Positions 24,463 to 37,905 are shown, counted from the stretch's first letter. The stretch: 64,000 bases of DNA from Escherichia coli (GCF_044324875.1 NZ_CP172185.1), one strand, 5' to 3'. The notes: generated by a model not told the origin, from the letters alone. Numbers and translations: made by a program.

Positions 24463-25071
24463 TCAGGTGCGCTTATCGTCAACCGTTGTGCGGTATGCCA
24501 GGAGCACGTACTGATCCATCAGATCCGTCAGTGCTGCGCTCTGCTTCTGACGGTTGATGATCCATTCCTCCAGCTCTTTTTCTGATTTCCGTTTCAGATT
24601 CTCCGTCCAGTCGTCAAGGCAGTTTCCGGTCATTAAATCAAGCCAGCAAAGCCAGACCAGTTTGAGGCGCAACTCCGTGCCACCAAACTGACGGAAGAGG
24701 CTGATCAGTTTATTTGCCAGCGAACGCTGCCTCAGACGTTCACATTCAGACAGGAGAATGCCTTCCAGCATCGGATGATGAACCAGCAGATGTTCACTGG
24801 TGCATAAATTCACTATCAGATCATCATCCAGGGGCGGCGTGGTCCGTTTGTCCGGACCATAAATCAGCCGGTGCAGACTCTGGGGTACGATGGCAATCTC
24901 CGGTTTTTCACCATTGAATGACACCCACCCGGGCGTCAGATTATGGAAGTAGTAGATATTCGGATGACACACGCCCCAGGATACGGCGTGCCGGGTGAAG
25001 CCGGTCAGCCATTTCTGGTAGCTTTCGTGGAGCAGCTCGTAACGGGTCTGATACTGTGGTTTCATTTTCAT
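24463..25071 (-). CDS. hypothetical protein downstream of the alpA-like gene
   Basis: 202 aa from the ATG with GAGG RBS; same strand as alpA. Confidence 0.5.
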   Translation of the reverse strand: MKMKPQYQTRYELLHESYQKWLTGFTRHAVSWGVCHPNIYYFHNLTPGWVSFNGEKPEIAIVPQSLHRLIYGPDKRTTPPLDDDLIVNLCTSEHLLVHHPMLEGILLSECERLRQRSLANKLISLFRQFGGTELRLKLVWLCWLDLMTGNCLDDWTENLKRKSEKELEEWIINRQKQSAALTDLMDQYVLLAYRTTVDDKRT

Positions 25072-25151
25072 ATTCCTCACGGGGGATAACAGGCAGCAGA
25101 ACGCCGCCGGCAGGCCGGAGACTGCGTCTGCTGCAGATGAACGGTTAAGAA

Positions 25152-25358
25152 TTACGGACGGGACTGTGCAATACGCGCCTGCAGCCAGGCTTCCACTTCG
25201 CTTTTCAGCCATCGGGAGCTGCGGCCCATTTTGATGGGCGCAGGAAAGTCACCATCCTTGATGAGTTTGTAAAACCACTTATCGGTCAGGCCGGTCAGTT
25301 GAGTGATAAATGCCATGTCGACCATCTGGTCATCCATCAGTGAAACTGGGGTGATCAT
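25152..25358 (-). CDS. AlpA-family phage/island transcriptional regulator (excisionase-like HTH)
   Basis: 68 aa from the ATG with GGAGG RBS; ...MAFITQLTGLTDKWFYKLIKDGDFPAPIKMGRSSRWLKSEVEAWL is the AlpA fold signature. Confidence 0.7.
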   Translation of the reverse strand: MITPVSLMDDQMVDMAFITQLTGLTDKWFYKLIKDGDFPAPIKMGRSSRWLKSEVEAWLQARIAQSRP

Positions 25359-26015
25359 GAGAATGTTCCTCCGGATGTTGTTAAACCAGCCGGTGTGGTC
25401 ATGAAAACAACGCACCACCTTCACCGGCATAACAACCGGGGAGAAACGTAAAAAATAATCGGGAATGTGACCGCCAGGAGATAAACGGGGAGGTTACGGT
25501 GGCTGAGCCGTACCGGTATGCCGGGTGGTTGTTACGAAACGATGCTTCCGCACGCGTGCGCGATAAAGAAGGGATGATTTTCGTGAGGAAGAGGGGAAAA
25601 CTGGCGTTCTGATAATTGCAGAGTTATTTACGGGGCGGTTACGATGGGGCAGACCGTGTCCGGTGGGCAGGCGACAGGTATCACCGATGGGATAAGACTG
25701 TCTGATTGGTATTATAAATATATAAGAGAGATCAAACACATGAGATCAAATACATGAGTTCATATATGTGAAATAAACACGGTGAGTGTGATCAGTGGGC
25801 ATGATGAGAACGCTGCAAAATGGCATCTGAATCGATCGCAGTTTGGCATTCGAATCGATCATGATTTGGCATCCATCTCCGATCACAGTTTGGCATCACA
25901 ATCGATCACGATTTGGCATGCTTCCGATCATTGATTGGCATCCTGCCAGTCACTCCGGGAATTAACTCTTTTCACCACAGTCTCCATTGCCGTGTTTAAA
26001 CCAGTGGAGACGTCA

Positions 26016-27581
26016 ATGTCCAGAAAGAGAAAATCCAGGAGCACTATGGAAACCTGTTTTAAGATCCTTCAGCTCAAGTTCGACAAGAAGCTGACTAACC
26101 GTTGTATCGGACTGACGTTACACATCAGCGCCTCAACCGTTTTTGAGGTTCTTGCCCGCTTCAAAGCCTCTTCTCTGTCATGGCCATTACCTGCTGATAT
26201 ATCCCATGACACGCTGGAGAAACTCATTTTTCCGCCCAAAGACACCTTTGCATCAGAGCTTGTAATGCCTGACATGTTGTACTTCGATACGGAAATGAGA
26301 AAACCAGGTGTGACGCGGCAACTGTTGTGGATGGAATACAAGGCACAGGCGGGTAACAAAGCGATGGGATACTCGCACTTCTGCCGTTGCTACCGGGAGT
26401 GGAAAAAAACGCGACGTCTCTCCATGCGCCAGGAGCATCGTGCCGGCGAAAAGCTTTTTATCGACTTCTGTGGTCCTACGGTTCCTGTTATTAATCCGGA
26501 CACCGGTGAGATACGCCGCGTGGCAATCTTCGTGGCCGTAATGGGGGCGTCCAACTATACCTACGTTGAAGCGTGCGAAGGTCAGGACATGATGTCATGG
26601 TTAAATGCCCACAGCCGTTGCCTGACCTTCCTGGGCGGCGTACCGAAGCTGCTCATCCCCGATAACCTCAGAAGCGCAGTGAAAAAGGCCGATCGATATG
26701 AGCCTGTCATCAACGACAGTTATCAGGCACTGGCTGAGCACTATGGCACGGTTATCATCCCGGCCCGACCACGCAAACCTAAAGATAAACCAAAAGCAGA
26801 AAACGGCGTCCTCATCGTTGAACGATGGCTTCTTGCCCGCATCCGTAATGAAACCTTCCACACGCTCAGGGCGCTGAATGCGCGCCTTAGGGAGTTACTG
26901 ACAGACATGAATAACCGGCCAATGAAGGGGTACGGCAATCAAACCCGTGCAGAACGCTTCCGCATACTGGATGCGCCAGCACTCTCTCCGCTGCCTCTGG
27001 CACCTTATGAATACACGGAATACAAAGCTGTGAAGGTTGGCCCTGACTACCACGTTGAATATGCCCGTCACTGGTACTCCGTTCCACACGAACTGGTCGG
27101 TCAGCGTCTGTCACTGAAGGCGGGGCAGTCGGTGGTACAGCTCTGGCACAAGGGGCAGTGTGTGGCGCAACATCCGCGCAGCACACATGAATATAAACAC
27201 ACAACCAATCCGCTTCACATGCCAGAGCGCCACCGGCAGCACGGGACATGGACACCGGAACGCCTGATCGAGCAGGGAAAACGTACGGGCCCGTCCACAG
27301 GCCGGGTGGTTGAATCCATGCTGAAGGCAAAACCCCATCCGGAACTGGCTTATCGTGCAGTTCTGGGGCTGCTGGCACTTCAGAAAAAATACGGCCCGGA
27401 ACGGCTGGAAAAGGCCTGTTACGTTGCCCTGCACTATAACGCCCCTGACAGACGCTTTATCGACAATCTGCTGCGTCACCATCGGGAGAACCTGGAGCTT
27501 CCATTATCCCGCCAGGGCGAACAACATCCGGCATATGCTTCAGAGCATGAAAACCTGCGTGGTCCGGGCTACTACCACTGA
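26016..27581 (+). CDS. IS21-family transposase IstA
   Basis: HTH N-terminus plus DDE domain; start placed at MSRKRKSRS. Confidence 0.85.
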   Translation: MSRKRKSRSTMETCFKILQLKFDKKLTNRCIGLTLHISASTVFEVLARFKASSLSWPLPADISHDTLEKLIFPPKDTFASELVMPDMLYFDTEMRKPGVTRQLLWMEYKAQAGNKAMGYSHFCRCYREWKKTRRLSMRQEHRAGEKLFIDFCGPTVPVINPDTGEIRRVAIFVAVMGASNYTYVEACEGQDMMSWLNAHSRCLTFLGGVPKLLIPDNLRSAVKKADRYEPVINDSYQALAEHYGTVIIPARPRKPKDKPKAENGVLIVERWLLARIRNETFHTLRALNARLRELLTDMNNRPMKGYGNQTRAERFRILDAPALSPLPLAPYEYTEYKAVKVGPDYHVEYARHWYSVPHELVGQRLSLKAGQSVVQLWHKGQCVAQHPRSTHEYKHTTNPLHMPERHRQHGTWTPERLIEQGKRTGPSTGRVVESMLKAKPHPELAYRAVLGLLALQKKYGPERLEKACYVALHYNAPDRRFIDNLLRHHRENLELPLSRQGEQHPAYASEHENLRGPGYYH

Positions 27582-27597
27582 CAGAAGGAACAACAGT

Positions 27598-28353
27598 ATG
27601 AGTGATAACCTGTTAAACAAACTGACCCAACTGAAACTCCCGGCGATGGCCGGGAGCCTGATACGGCAGCGGGAAACGCCTCAGACCTACGACGAACTGT
27701 CGTTCGAGGAAAGGCTGACGCTGCTGGTTGATGACGAGCTTCTGAGCAGGGAAAACAGCCGTGTGGCACGGTTGAGAAAAAATGCCGGCCTGAAATACCA
27801 GGCAACACCGGAAGGGCTGCGCTATCCGGCCTCAAGAGGTCTGCGGGCTGAACAGATGAGAGAACTGCTGAACGGCCACTACATAACCCACAGGAAAAAC
27901 CTGCTGATAACCGGTCCGACAGGATGTGGCAAGAGCTGGATAGCCAATGCGCTGGGCGAACAGGCATGTCGACAGAAACACAGCGTCCGGTACTGTAGAA
28001 CCGGGCGATTACTGGAACAACTGGCTCAGGGACGTGTTGATGGCAGCTGGCTGAAATATCTGAAACAGTTGCAAAAAATACAGGTTCTAATCCTGGACGA
28101 TCTGGGGCTGGAACAGTTAAGTAACGCCCAGTGTAATGACCTTCTGGAGCTCATAGAGGATCGTTACGGACAAAGCAGCACGATAGTGGTAAGCCAGTTC
28201 CCGGTAGATAAATGGCATGGTCTGATGGAGAACCCAACAACAGCAGATGCCATCCTGGACAGACTGGTACATAACTCACACCGAGTGGTCCTTCAGGGAG
28301 AGTCACTGAGGAAAAATCCCCCGGTAGTGGAAAGCAGCGAAAAAACGCGTTAA
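27598..28353 (+). CDS. IS21-family ATP-binding helper IstB
   Basis: Walker A GPTGCGKS, Walker B ILDDLG. Confidence 0.85.
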   Translation: MSDNLLNKLTQLKLPAMAGSLIRQRETPQTYDELSFEERLTLLVDDELLSRENSRVARLRKNAGLKYQATPEGLRYPASRGLRAEQMRELLNGHYITHRKNLLITGPTGCGKSWIANALGEQACRQKHSVRYCRTGRLLEQLAQGRVDGSWLKYLKQLQKIQVLILDDLGLEQLSNAQCNDLLELIEDRYGQSSTIVVSQFPVDKWHGLMENPTTADAILDRLVHNSHRVVLQGESLRKNPPVVESSEKTR

Positions 28354-29324
28354 AAAGCGGTAGAAAAAGTTAAGTTCCCGGTTGATCGAATGGATGCGAA
28401 TCGCTGATCGGACTTCGATGCCAATCCGTGATCGAATAGAGCGGAATACGCAAACGCAGTAGCAACAGACTGCGCTATCCCTGATAGCTGGCGTATAACC
28501 CGCGTATATAAAACGTATCTGCAATGTACGTGAACAGAGTGCATTAAGCATCCGTCTGAGCGGTAAACATATCCGACCTGGTGAGTGACAGTCTGAGAGA
28601 CCGGTTAAGTGGTGGCTCGGGAGTAATGAGTTTGGGGTGGGTACCAGAATGCCAGTCTGGCGGTATGCTGACAGTATCACGTTAATTGCAGCATAAAGTG
28701 ATGAGAGGCTAATGGAAGTTAAAACCAAAGCAGTTCCGTCGTTGTTCATCCCGGGAGACGCTGGAAAAAGTGATTTCCCACACGCGTTATAAACTTACCT
28801 CTGCGGAACTGGAAGCCTTCAACTCTGTGGTTGATCACTGGCTGGCAGAACTGACAATGAACAAGCTTTACGATCGTGTTCCCGCTTCAGTCTGGAAATA
28901 TGTCATCTGAGCGTTCGGTAATCACAACTGCATCGCGCCAGGTGTTATCCGCTTTGTGATTCTTATTGGCTCTTCTCAGGTTATTAAAAGCTGAATATGT
29001 TCCTGTTGTCGGGAACCAGGATAATACCGGGAACGTTAAGCGGTATAGCGACAACAAAGAATTCGAAATCAAAAGGGAATGGTGCCGGAGGCGTGGGCGG
29101 TAATGGGCTGATTTTCAGGTATTACCGGCTTACAGCGTGTGGTTGATATTGAGGGGCTGTGAGTTTCACGTATTTGTCAGAAACCCAGACGAGTTTTCCT
29201 GTATGGGACGAAATAAGGCAGCGGCAATACATGGAAAAATTTAATATGGTATGAAGGAGAACCTGTCGGTTACGCTTAATATAACCGGTACACTGTCAGC
29301 TCAGGGGATACATGAACCGTTATC

Positions 29325-29525
29325 TCACCAGCTACACAGTATATACACACTGACGCTGACAGTAGTCAGCAGGACCACAATAATCAGTGCCAGCAGTATG
29401 GTAACGATACGGTCTGTATTCCGGTAATAGCCGAAGGGGTCGACAGAACCACAATACGGGCAACACACAGTATTATGAGTAATCGCGTTTCCACAGTCCC
29501 AGCACTTCTTTTTGCGTATCACCAT
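29325..29525 (-). CDS. small zinc-ribbon membrane protein
   Basis: 66 aa; CWDCG...CCPYCG followed by a C-terminal TM helix; strong RBS GAGGAGGGAG. Confidence 0.6.
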   Translation of the reverse strand: MVIRKKKCWDCGNAITHNTVCCPYCGSVDPFGYYRNTDRIVTILLALIIVVLLTTVSVSVYILCSW

Positions 29526-29730
29526 AACTCCCTCCTCACAGCCTTACCCGTAACCGGTTTTTTTACATTAAAAAAACAACGCTGAAAATTCAACCGTCAG
29601 TCCGGAGACGACCGTTCGGGTTATCTCAGAGTGCCTGAGATATTGCCTGGTTGGAGATCACTTCAGGGACTCTGCGCATTTTTTACGGCGTGGTTAATCC
29701 GTATGAACGAAACCATACGGAGATTTAACC

Positions 29731-30300
29731 ATGACCTACAAATACAACCCCTTCTGGCAGCAACGTATTCGTGAGACGGTGCGGCACGCACTGGATGTTC
29801 ATCCCCGTCTGACGGCATTGCGGGTTGATCTGCGTCTCCCGGATGTACCGGCAGCAACGGACGCGGCTGTGATATCCCGCTTCATCAATGCCCTGAAAGC
29901 CCGAATCGACGCTTACCAGAAACGTAAGCATCGGGAAGGTAAACGCGTGCATTCCTCGACCCTGCATTACGCCTGGGCCCGGGAGTTCGGGGAGCTTAAA
30001 GGCAAAAAACACTATCACCTGCTGCTGCTGGTCAACCGGGATACCTGGTGTCGTGCCGGCGATTACCGCGCTCCGGGGTCACTGGCCGGAATGATTAAAC
30101 AGGCGTGGTGCAGTGCCCTGGGAGTGGATGTCGGGTGCCATGCCACGCTGGTGCATTTTCCGGCCTGGCCGGCGGTGTGGCTGGAACGCGATGATGACAC
30201 TGGCTTTCAGCAGGTGCTGGAACGTGCTGGCTATCTGGCGAAGGAGCATACCAAAGCTCGCGGCACCGGTGAGCGCAACTTTGGCTGCAGTCGTGGCTGA
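29731..30300 (+). CDS. hypothetical island protein (possibly YagK/YfjJ-like)
   Basis: 189 aa, ATG with GGAG RBS; family assignment is a weak recollection. Confidence 0.5.
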   Translation: MTYKYNPFWQQRIRETVRHALDVHPRLTALRVDLRLPDVPAATDAAVISRFINALKARIDAYQKRKHREGKRVHSSTLHYAWAREFGELKGKKHYHLLLLVNRDTWCRAGDYRAPGSLAGMIKQAWCSALGVDVGCHATLVHFPAWPAVWLERDDDTGFQQVLERAGYLAKEHTKARGTGERNFGCSRG

Positions 30301-30460
30301 GCCCGACAGACGACTTATCTGACCTTAGTGTGATGACGCGTTCACAGCGACCACACTGATTTTCCCTTCTGAGACTGAACTGAAAACCGCTATTCACACC
30401 TGACCACGCTGCCCGTACCGGGACGGCTGTTGCCTACGTGTCGTCTGGCGGCTGAGGAAT

Positions 30461-30850
30461 ATGACGATGTACGCAAAATCCTTTCTCGCACTTGATGGCA
30501 ACGGGCGTCTGACTGGTGCCCGTACCGCACAGACTGCACCTTACGATCGCTACACTTGCCACCTTTGCGGCAGTGCACTCAGATACCACCCGCAATACGA
30601 CACTGAACGTCCCTGGTTTGAACACACTGACGACGGGCTGACTAAGCACGGTCATGAGTGCCCTTATGTCAGACCGGAACGCAGGGAGGTACGCTTGATT
30701 AAGCGTCTGCAGCAATTCGTACCGGATGCCTTACCCGTGGTGCGTAAAGCCAGCTGGCACTGCAGACAATGTCACCACGATTATTATGGGGAGCGGTACT
30801 GCACTCACTGCCATACAGGGCACTTCAGTGAGGAGGGAGTGGCTGAATGA
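30461..30850 (+). CDS. Cys/His-rich putative zinc-binding protein, paralog 1
   Basis: 129 aa; CHLCG...WFEH...HECPY...WHCRQCHHDYYGERYCTHCHTG; GAGG RBS. Confidence 0.65.
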   Translation: MTMYAKSFLALDGNGRLTGARTAQTAPYDRYTCHLCGSALRYHPQYDTERPWFEHTDDGLTKHGHECPYVRPERREVRLIKRLQQFVPDALPVVRKASWHCRQCHHDYYGERYCTHCHTGHFSEEGVAE

Positions 30851-31272
30851 ACGGTATAAAAACGGGGCTGGGGATCACGCCGGGTGAACACATTATCAGT
30901 GCGGCCTCAGCCCTTAGCAGAAATATCAGGCATTGTTTCTGCCTTTCCTGTCGTGGTCGGTTGATTTTGCAGACAGATGCTCAGGGGGCGTGGTTTGAGC
31001 ACGATTTACATGCCCTGAGCGCGCAACAGAAGGCGGCCTGCGTGGTGCTGAATCCGGAAAAGTCCCACCCTTACATTGAGGATATGGCGATGTTTCTATC
31101 GCCATTACCGGTCGTGCTGGAGTGGCATTGTGTGATGTGCGGGCAGCATTTTCCCGGGAAAAAGTTCTGCGAAGCCTGTGGCACGGGGATCTATTCCAGA
31201 GCAACATGTACGAAGTCTGTTTACAGCTACCAGCCAGACTTGTTTCAGGACTGCGGAGGTGCGAGTACTTAA
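30847..31272 (+). CDS. Cys/His-rich putative zinc-binding protein, paralog 2 (translationally coupled)
   Basis: 141 aa; CFCLSCRG...WFEH...WHCVMCGQHFPGKKFCEACGTG; ATGA overlap with the preceding stop; GGAGGGAG RBS. Confidence 0.65.
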   Translation: MNGIKTGLGITPGEHIISAASALSRNIRHCFCLSCRGRLILQTDAQGAWFEHDLHALSAQQKAACVVLNPEKSHPYIEDMAMFLSPLPVVLEWHCVMCGQHFPGKKFCEACGTGIYSRATCTKSVYSYQPDLFQDCGGAST

Positions 31273-33725
<2,453 letters not shown>

Positions 33726-33793
33726 GTCTGAATCCGGCCGACCCAAAATTTTCCCCCAAGCTTCTCCCGGTATCTTTTAAGAGTATTGATTAC

Positions 33794-35002
33794 ATGAACG
33801 ACACCGTTTTAAACGTAATCCCGGTGCCTGTACGCACTTGGGTGGCTATAGCAGCGCTCGGTATCAGTGCATTTTCGATTGTGACCAGCGAGCTTGCGCC
33901 TGTTGGCATGCTTAGTATGCTAGCAAAGGACCTGAACCAGACTGAATCGGACACGGACCTTGTCGTGACTGCATACGGCTGGGTTGGGGCTCTGGCAGCA
34001 CTTTTGTCTGGATTGATACCAGCGAGAATTTCACGTAAGTCTTTGTTAGTGACTCTTATGGTAGTGTTTGCTTTGTCTTGTGTGGCGGCGACACAGTCAT
34101 CACTCGATGACCCTATTTATGGGGGCGCGTATGACAGGCGCTTTAGCACATGGTGCTTTCTGGGCTTTGATTGGAGCAGTGGCTTCACAGCTTGTTCCGG
34201 CTGAAAAACTAGGACTGGCCACCTCAGTTATTTTTGGCGGCGTTTCGGCTGCCAGCGTTCTGGGTGTGCCACTGTCGAGTTTTATTGCGGATATGGCCGG
34301 GTGGCGGAGTGCGTTTACGGCGATTTCTCTGCTGTCACTTGCCGCCGCCTGTGCTCTATTCTGGACGCTCCCCACACTGACGGTGCCACAACCACTGAGG
34401 CTGCGTGTTTACTACGGGATATTCAAAAACCCGGTGCTCCTTTCCCTCTATGGTGCCACTGCCTGTATTATTTCGGCTCATTTTGCGGCATTCACTTACC
34501 TCCAACCACTACTGACGAAGACTCAGGAAGTACCGACGGCTTCGATTTCTGGCCTACTGCTGATGTCCGGGCTCTCCGGTCTGGCCGGAAATATCATTGC
34601 CGGAAAGCTGATCGACCGTCATATCAAAGGGCTGATTTTCGCTTCACTGCTCCTGAGCGCAGGTGCGCTCGGCATACTTGGTATGAGGAGCGCTGCACCA
34701 CTGCCTTTCTGGTTCACAGGCATACTGCTCGCAGTTTGGGGCGCGGGTATCGCCATTGTATTCGTTGGGTTGCAGACAGGTTGCTCCGTAGCGCCGGGGA
34801 TGCTGTACAACCGGCGTCAGCCATTTACGTTACAATTTTTAACGCAGCGATCGGCACCGGTGCGCTTGTGGGAGGCCAGGTATTAGCCGTAAAAGGTATT
34901 CAGGGTATGGCCTTACTTGCTGCGGGCATCATTGCATGCAGCATAGCTCTGGTCGCAATGCTGAAAAGCCCCGCGAATAAGCTCAGGCCTGAAAGGTCGT
35001 GA
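33794..35002 (+). pseudogene. MFS efflux transporter (DHA1-like) disrupted by at least two frameshifts
   Basis: MFS helices continue across three reading frames (track ORFs 33722-34204, 34068-34886, 34301-35002). Confidence 0.7.
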
Positions 35003-35370
35003 CGAATTCAAAAACGCATTAACCGACAGTAATTAAATGAGAGGGACGTGTCAGAAGAGGCTTCCCCTTATTTTATACGTCCAGTTCGGTAAAGAGTATT
35101 AGCCCACAGGACGAGGCTTATCCGAAACTACAACTCTGAAGGATTTAGTTAATCGCTTTAGAATTTCCAACTTCCGTTCCTCGCTCACAGCAGACCTTAA
35201 GATCTAGGAGGGAGTCCGCTCAGTGCCATGGGCGGACCTTAAGCTTCAGTAATTTGATTAGCACAATCCCTATGATAAATAGACTGGCCCCCTGAATCTC
35301 CAGACAACCAGTATCACTTAAATAAGTGATAGTCTTAATACTAGTTTTTAGACTAGTCATTGGAGAACAG

Positions 35371-35736
35371 ATGATTGATGTCTTAGGGCCGGAGAAACGC
35401 AGACGGCGTACCACACAGGAAAAGATCGCAATTGTTCAGCAGAGCTTTGAACCGGGGATGACGGTCTCCCTCGTTGCCCGGCAACATGGTGTAGCAGCCA
35501 GCCAGTTATTTCTCTGGCGTAAGCAATACCAGGAAGGAAGTCTTACTGCTGTCGCCGCCGGAGAACAGGTTGTTCCTGCCTCTGAACTTGCTGCCGCCAT
35601 GAAGCAGATTAAAGAACTCCAGCGCCTGCTCGGCAAGAAAACGATGGAAAATGAACTCCTCAAAGAAGCCGTTGAATATGGACGGGCAAAAAAGTGGATA
35701 GCGCACGCGCCCTTATTGCCCGGGGATGGGGAGTAA
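35371..35736 (+). CDS. insC: IS2 transposase InsC (OrfA)
   Basis: [47 protein letters not shown] matches IS2 InsC. Confidence 0.9.
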
Positions 35737-36599
35737 GCTTAGTCAGCCGTTGTCTCCGGGTCTCACGTGCGCAACTGCATGCCATGGCCCGTCGGTCGAA
35801 GGACTGGCAGGATCGTCGGTGCAAGCGCAAGCCTGATGATACTGACGCGCTGGCCCGTATCCATACCGTTATCGGCGATCTGCCCACCTATGGTTATCGT
35901 CGGGTATGGGCACTGCTGCGCAGACAATCAGAAACTGACGACATGGCGGTGATCAATGCCAAACGCGTATACCGCATCATGCGTCAGAATGCGCTGCTGC
36001 TTGAGCGTAAACCGGAAATACCGCCATCGAAGCGGGCGCATACAGGGAAAGTGGCCGTTGGAGAAAGTAACCAGCGGTGGTGCTCTGACGGCTTCGAGTT
36101 CAGCTGTGATAACGGTGAAAAACTGCGGGTCACGTTCGCTCTGGACTGTTGCGATCGCGAGGCACTTTACTGGGCGGCCAGTAACGGTGGATATGACAGT
36201 GAAACCGTGCAGGACGTCATGCTGGGTGCCGTGGAGCGTCGTTTCGGTAACAGCCTGCCGACATCCCCAGTTGAGTGGCTGACAGACAACGGTTCAGCCT
36301 ACCGTTCTTATCAGACGCGTCAGTTCGCCAGAATGGTAGGACTGGAGCCTAAACATACGGCGGTACGTAGCCCGGAAAGCAACGGGATGGCAGAGAGCTT
36401 CGTGAAAACGATGAAGCGCGATTACATCAGCATCATGCCGAAACCCGACGGGTTAACAGCGGTAAAGAACCTTGCGGAGGCCTTCGAACATTACAACGAA
36501 TGGCATCCGCATAGTGCACTGGGGTATCGTTCGCCACGGGAATATCTGCGGCGGCGAACCAGTAATGGGTTAAGTGATAAAAAGTGTATGGAAATATAG
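35694..36599 (+). CDS. insD: IS2 transposase InsD (OrfB)
   Basis: 301 aa, matches IS2 InsD. Confidence 0.9.
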
Positions 36600-36610
36600 G
36601 GGCCAATCCA

Positions 36611-36967
36611 ATTGCACTGTTTCGAGGCTATCCGGCGACGATAAGAACTGACCAGGGGCCGGAGTTCACTTGCCGTGCACTGGATCAATGGGCCTTTGAG
36701 CATGGTGTTGAGTTGCGCTTAATCCAGCCGGGCAAGCCAACGCAGAACGGATTTATTGAGAGCTTTAACGGACGATTTCGCGATGAATGTTTGAATGAGC
36801 TCTGGTTCAGCGATATCGTTCATGCCAGGAAAATTATTAATGACTGGCGGCAGGATTATAACGAATGCCGCCCGCACTCCACGCTGAATTATCAGACACT
36901 GTCTGAATTTGCAGCGGGCTGGAGAAAGGGTCATTCTGAGAATGAAGATTCCGACGTTACTAACTGA
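36611..36967 (+). pseudogene. IS3-family (IS407-group-like) transposase, C-terminal fragment interrupted by IS2
   Basis: frame open from the IS2 end; integrase core C-terminus (TDQGPEFT...[21 protein letters not shown]...[10 protein letters not shown]). Confidence 0.7.
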
Positions 36968-36980
36968 GTGTTGTATCTAA

Positions 36981-37646
36981 TCGTGGGGGCAGGTCACAGC
37001 TATACGGACACGGTCAAATAGAGCACTTGCTATAACTGATCTTAAACATCCTAAATTTGATGTTAGAGTTCAGATACATAGTTCTGCCGCAAGGTATGCA
37101 GATAAGTTAGCTGCTGAAATAGTTTCAGCATATTATGATAACTCTGAGCTGGCATATGAAAGCGATTCTCCGTTTCAATTTGGTGTTATTCGAGTTCCTC
37201 GTAACGCTACTCACTTTGAGCATTCATTATATGAAAAGTACTCAGGACTTAATAAGTTCGAGGCTCCTTTTGCTGAGGCTTTAGATAGGTCTGGTTACCC
37301 TTGGCACAGAAACCTGAGCAGTGGCGGTTTTCATATCCCACTATTGACAGAGGGTGATACAAGCTCATTTTATCCAGACTTTTTAGTATGGAAGTCAGAC
37401 CTTGTCTATTGCCTTGATACCAAGGGGGGCCATCTATTGACTGCTGCCGTAGCGCGCAAGCTTTTTAATATTCATGAAGATGGTCGGAGTAAGATTCTAG
37501 TGAGATTTATCACAGAAGGAAAGCAGACAGAGCTGCGCGGCAAAGCAACAAAGGGAGGATATACTGTATGGAAAATGAAATCTGGGCATCCTACCCCAAT
37601 TTATGTGGCGGATTTAGACAAAGCTGTTAGGGAATGTCTAAAATAG
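36981..37646 (+). pseudogene. truncated ORF of unknown function, 222 codons open with no ATG start
   Basis: frame open from 36981 directly after the IS3-family fragment; the track ORF starts only at an internal TTG at 37344. Confidence 0.4.
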
Positions 37647-37792
37647 CGAAGCCATAGCATAGAATTTTTAATGGCATTATGATCAGGACATAAAGGACTT
37701 CATGCAGGGAAAAAATATCCCAAAAGAAACTGGTCATGTCAGCACACCAAAGGATCCTCGCCGGATCCTTTGGTTTTTCTCAGCCACAATCG

Positions 37793-37830
37793 CTTAACGT
37801 GAGTTTTCGTTCCACTGAGCGTCAGACCCC
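37793..37830 (-). repeat. Tn3-family 38-bp terminal inverted repeat (isolated copy)
   Basis: plus strand CTTAACGTGAGTTTTCGTTCCACTGAGCGTCAGACCCC is the rc of the Tn3 IR GGGGTCTGACGCTCAGTGGAACGAAAACTCACGTTAAG; flanking 60 bp resemble but are not identical to the Tn3 bla-distal region. Confidence 0.75.
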
Positions 37831-37905
37831 TATAAACACCTTAGTGAAGTCATCCTCGCAGGTAAGGCAACACATCCGTAAGGTATTTGGCCAAATCAAA
37901 TACAA

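Larger units (their letters stand above)
25800..28465 (+). mobile_element. IS21-family insertion sequence (istA-istB); ends approximate
   Basis: multiple terminal repeats of TTTGGCAT/GATCG type at 25830-25940 and in inverted orientation at 28380-28450. Confidence 0.7.
35280..36610 (+). mobile_element. IS2, 1331 bp
   Basis: left end TAGACTGGCCCCCTGAATCTCC, right end GGAAATATAGGGGCCAATCCA; insC and insD. Confidence 0.9.

Noticed and set aside
26887-27482. Overlapping minus-strand ORFs of 123-163 aa inside the IS21-family istA gene
   Set aside because: Antisense to the transposase gene, Cys/Pro/Arg-rich and without an RBS.
37793-37830. 38 bp identical to sequence found in pBR322/pUC-type cloning vectors, raising the possibility of vector contamination
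   Set aside because: The match is limited to the Tn3 terminal inverted repeat, a natural transposon end; flanking sequence diverges from vector sequence within a few bases, so it is scored as a Tn3-family remnant.
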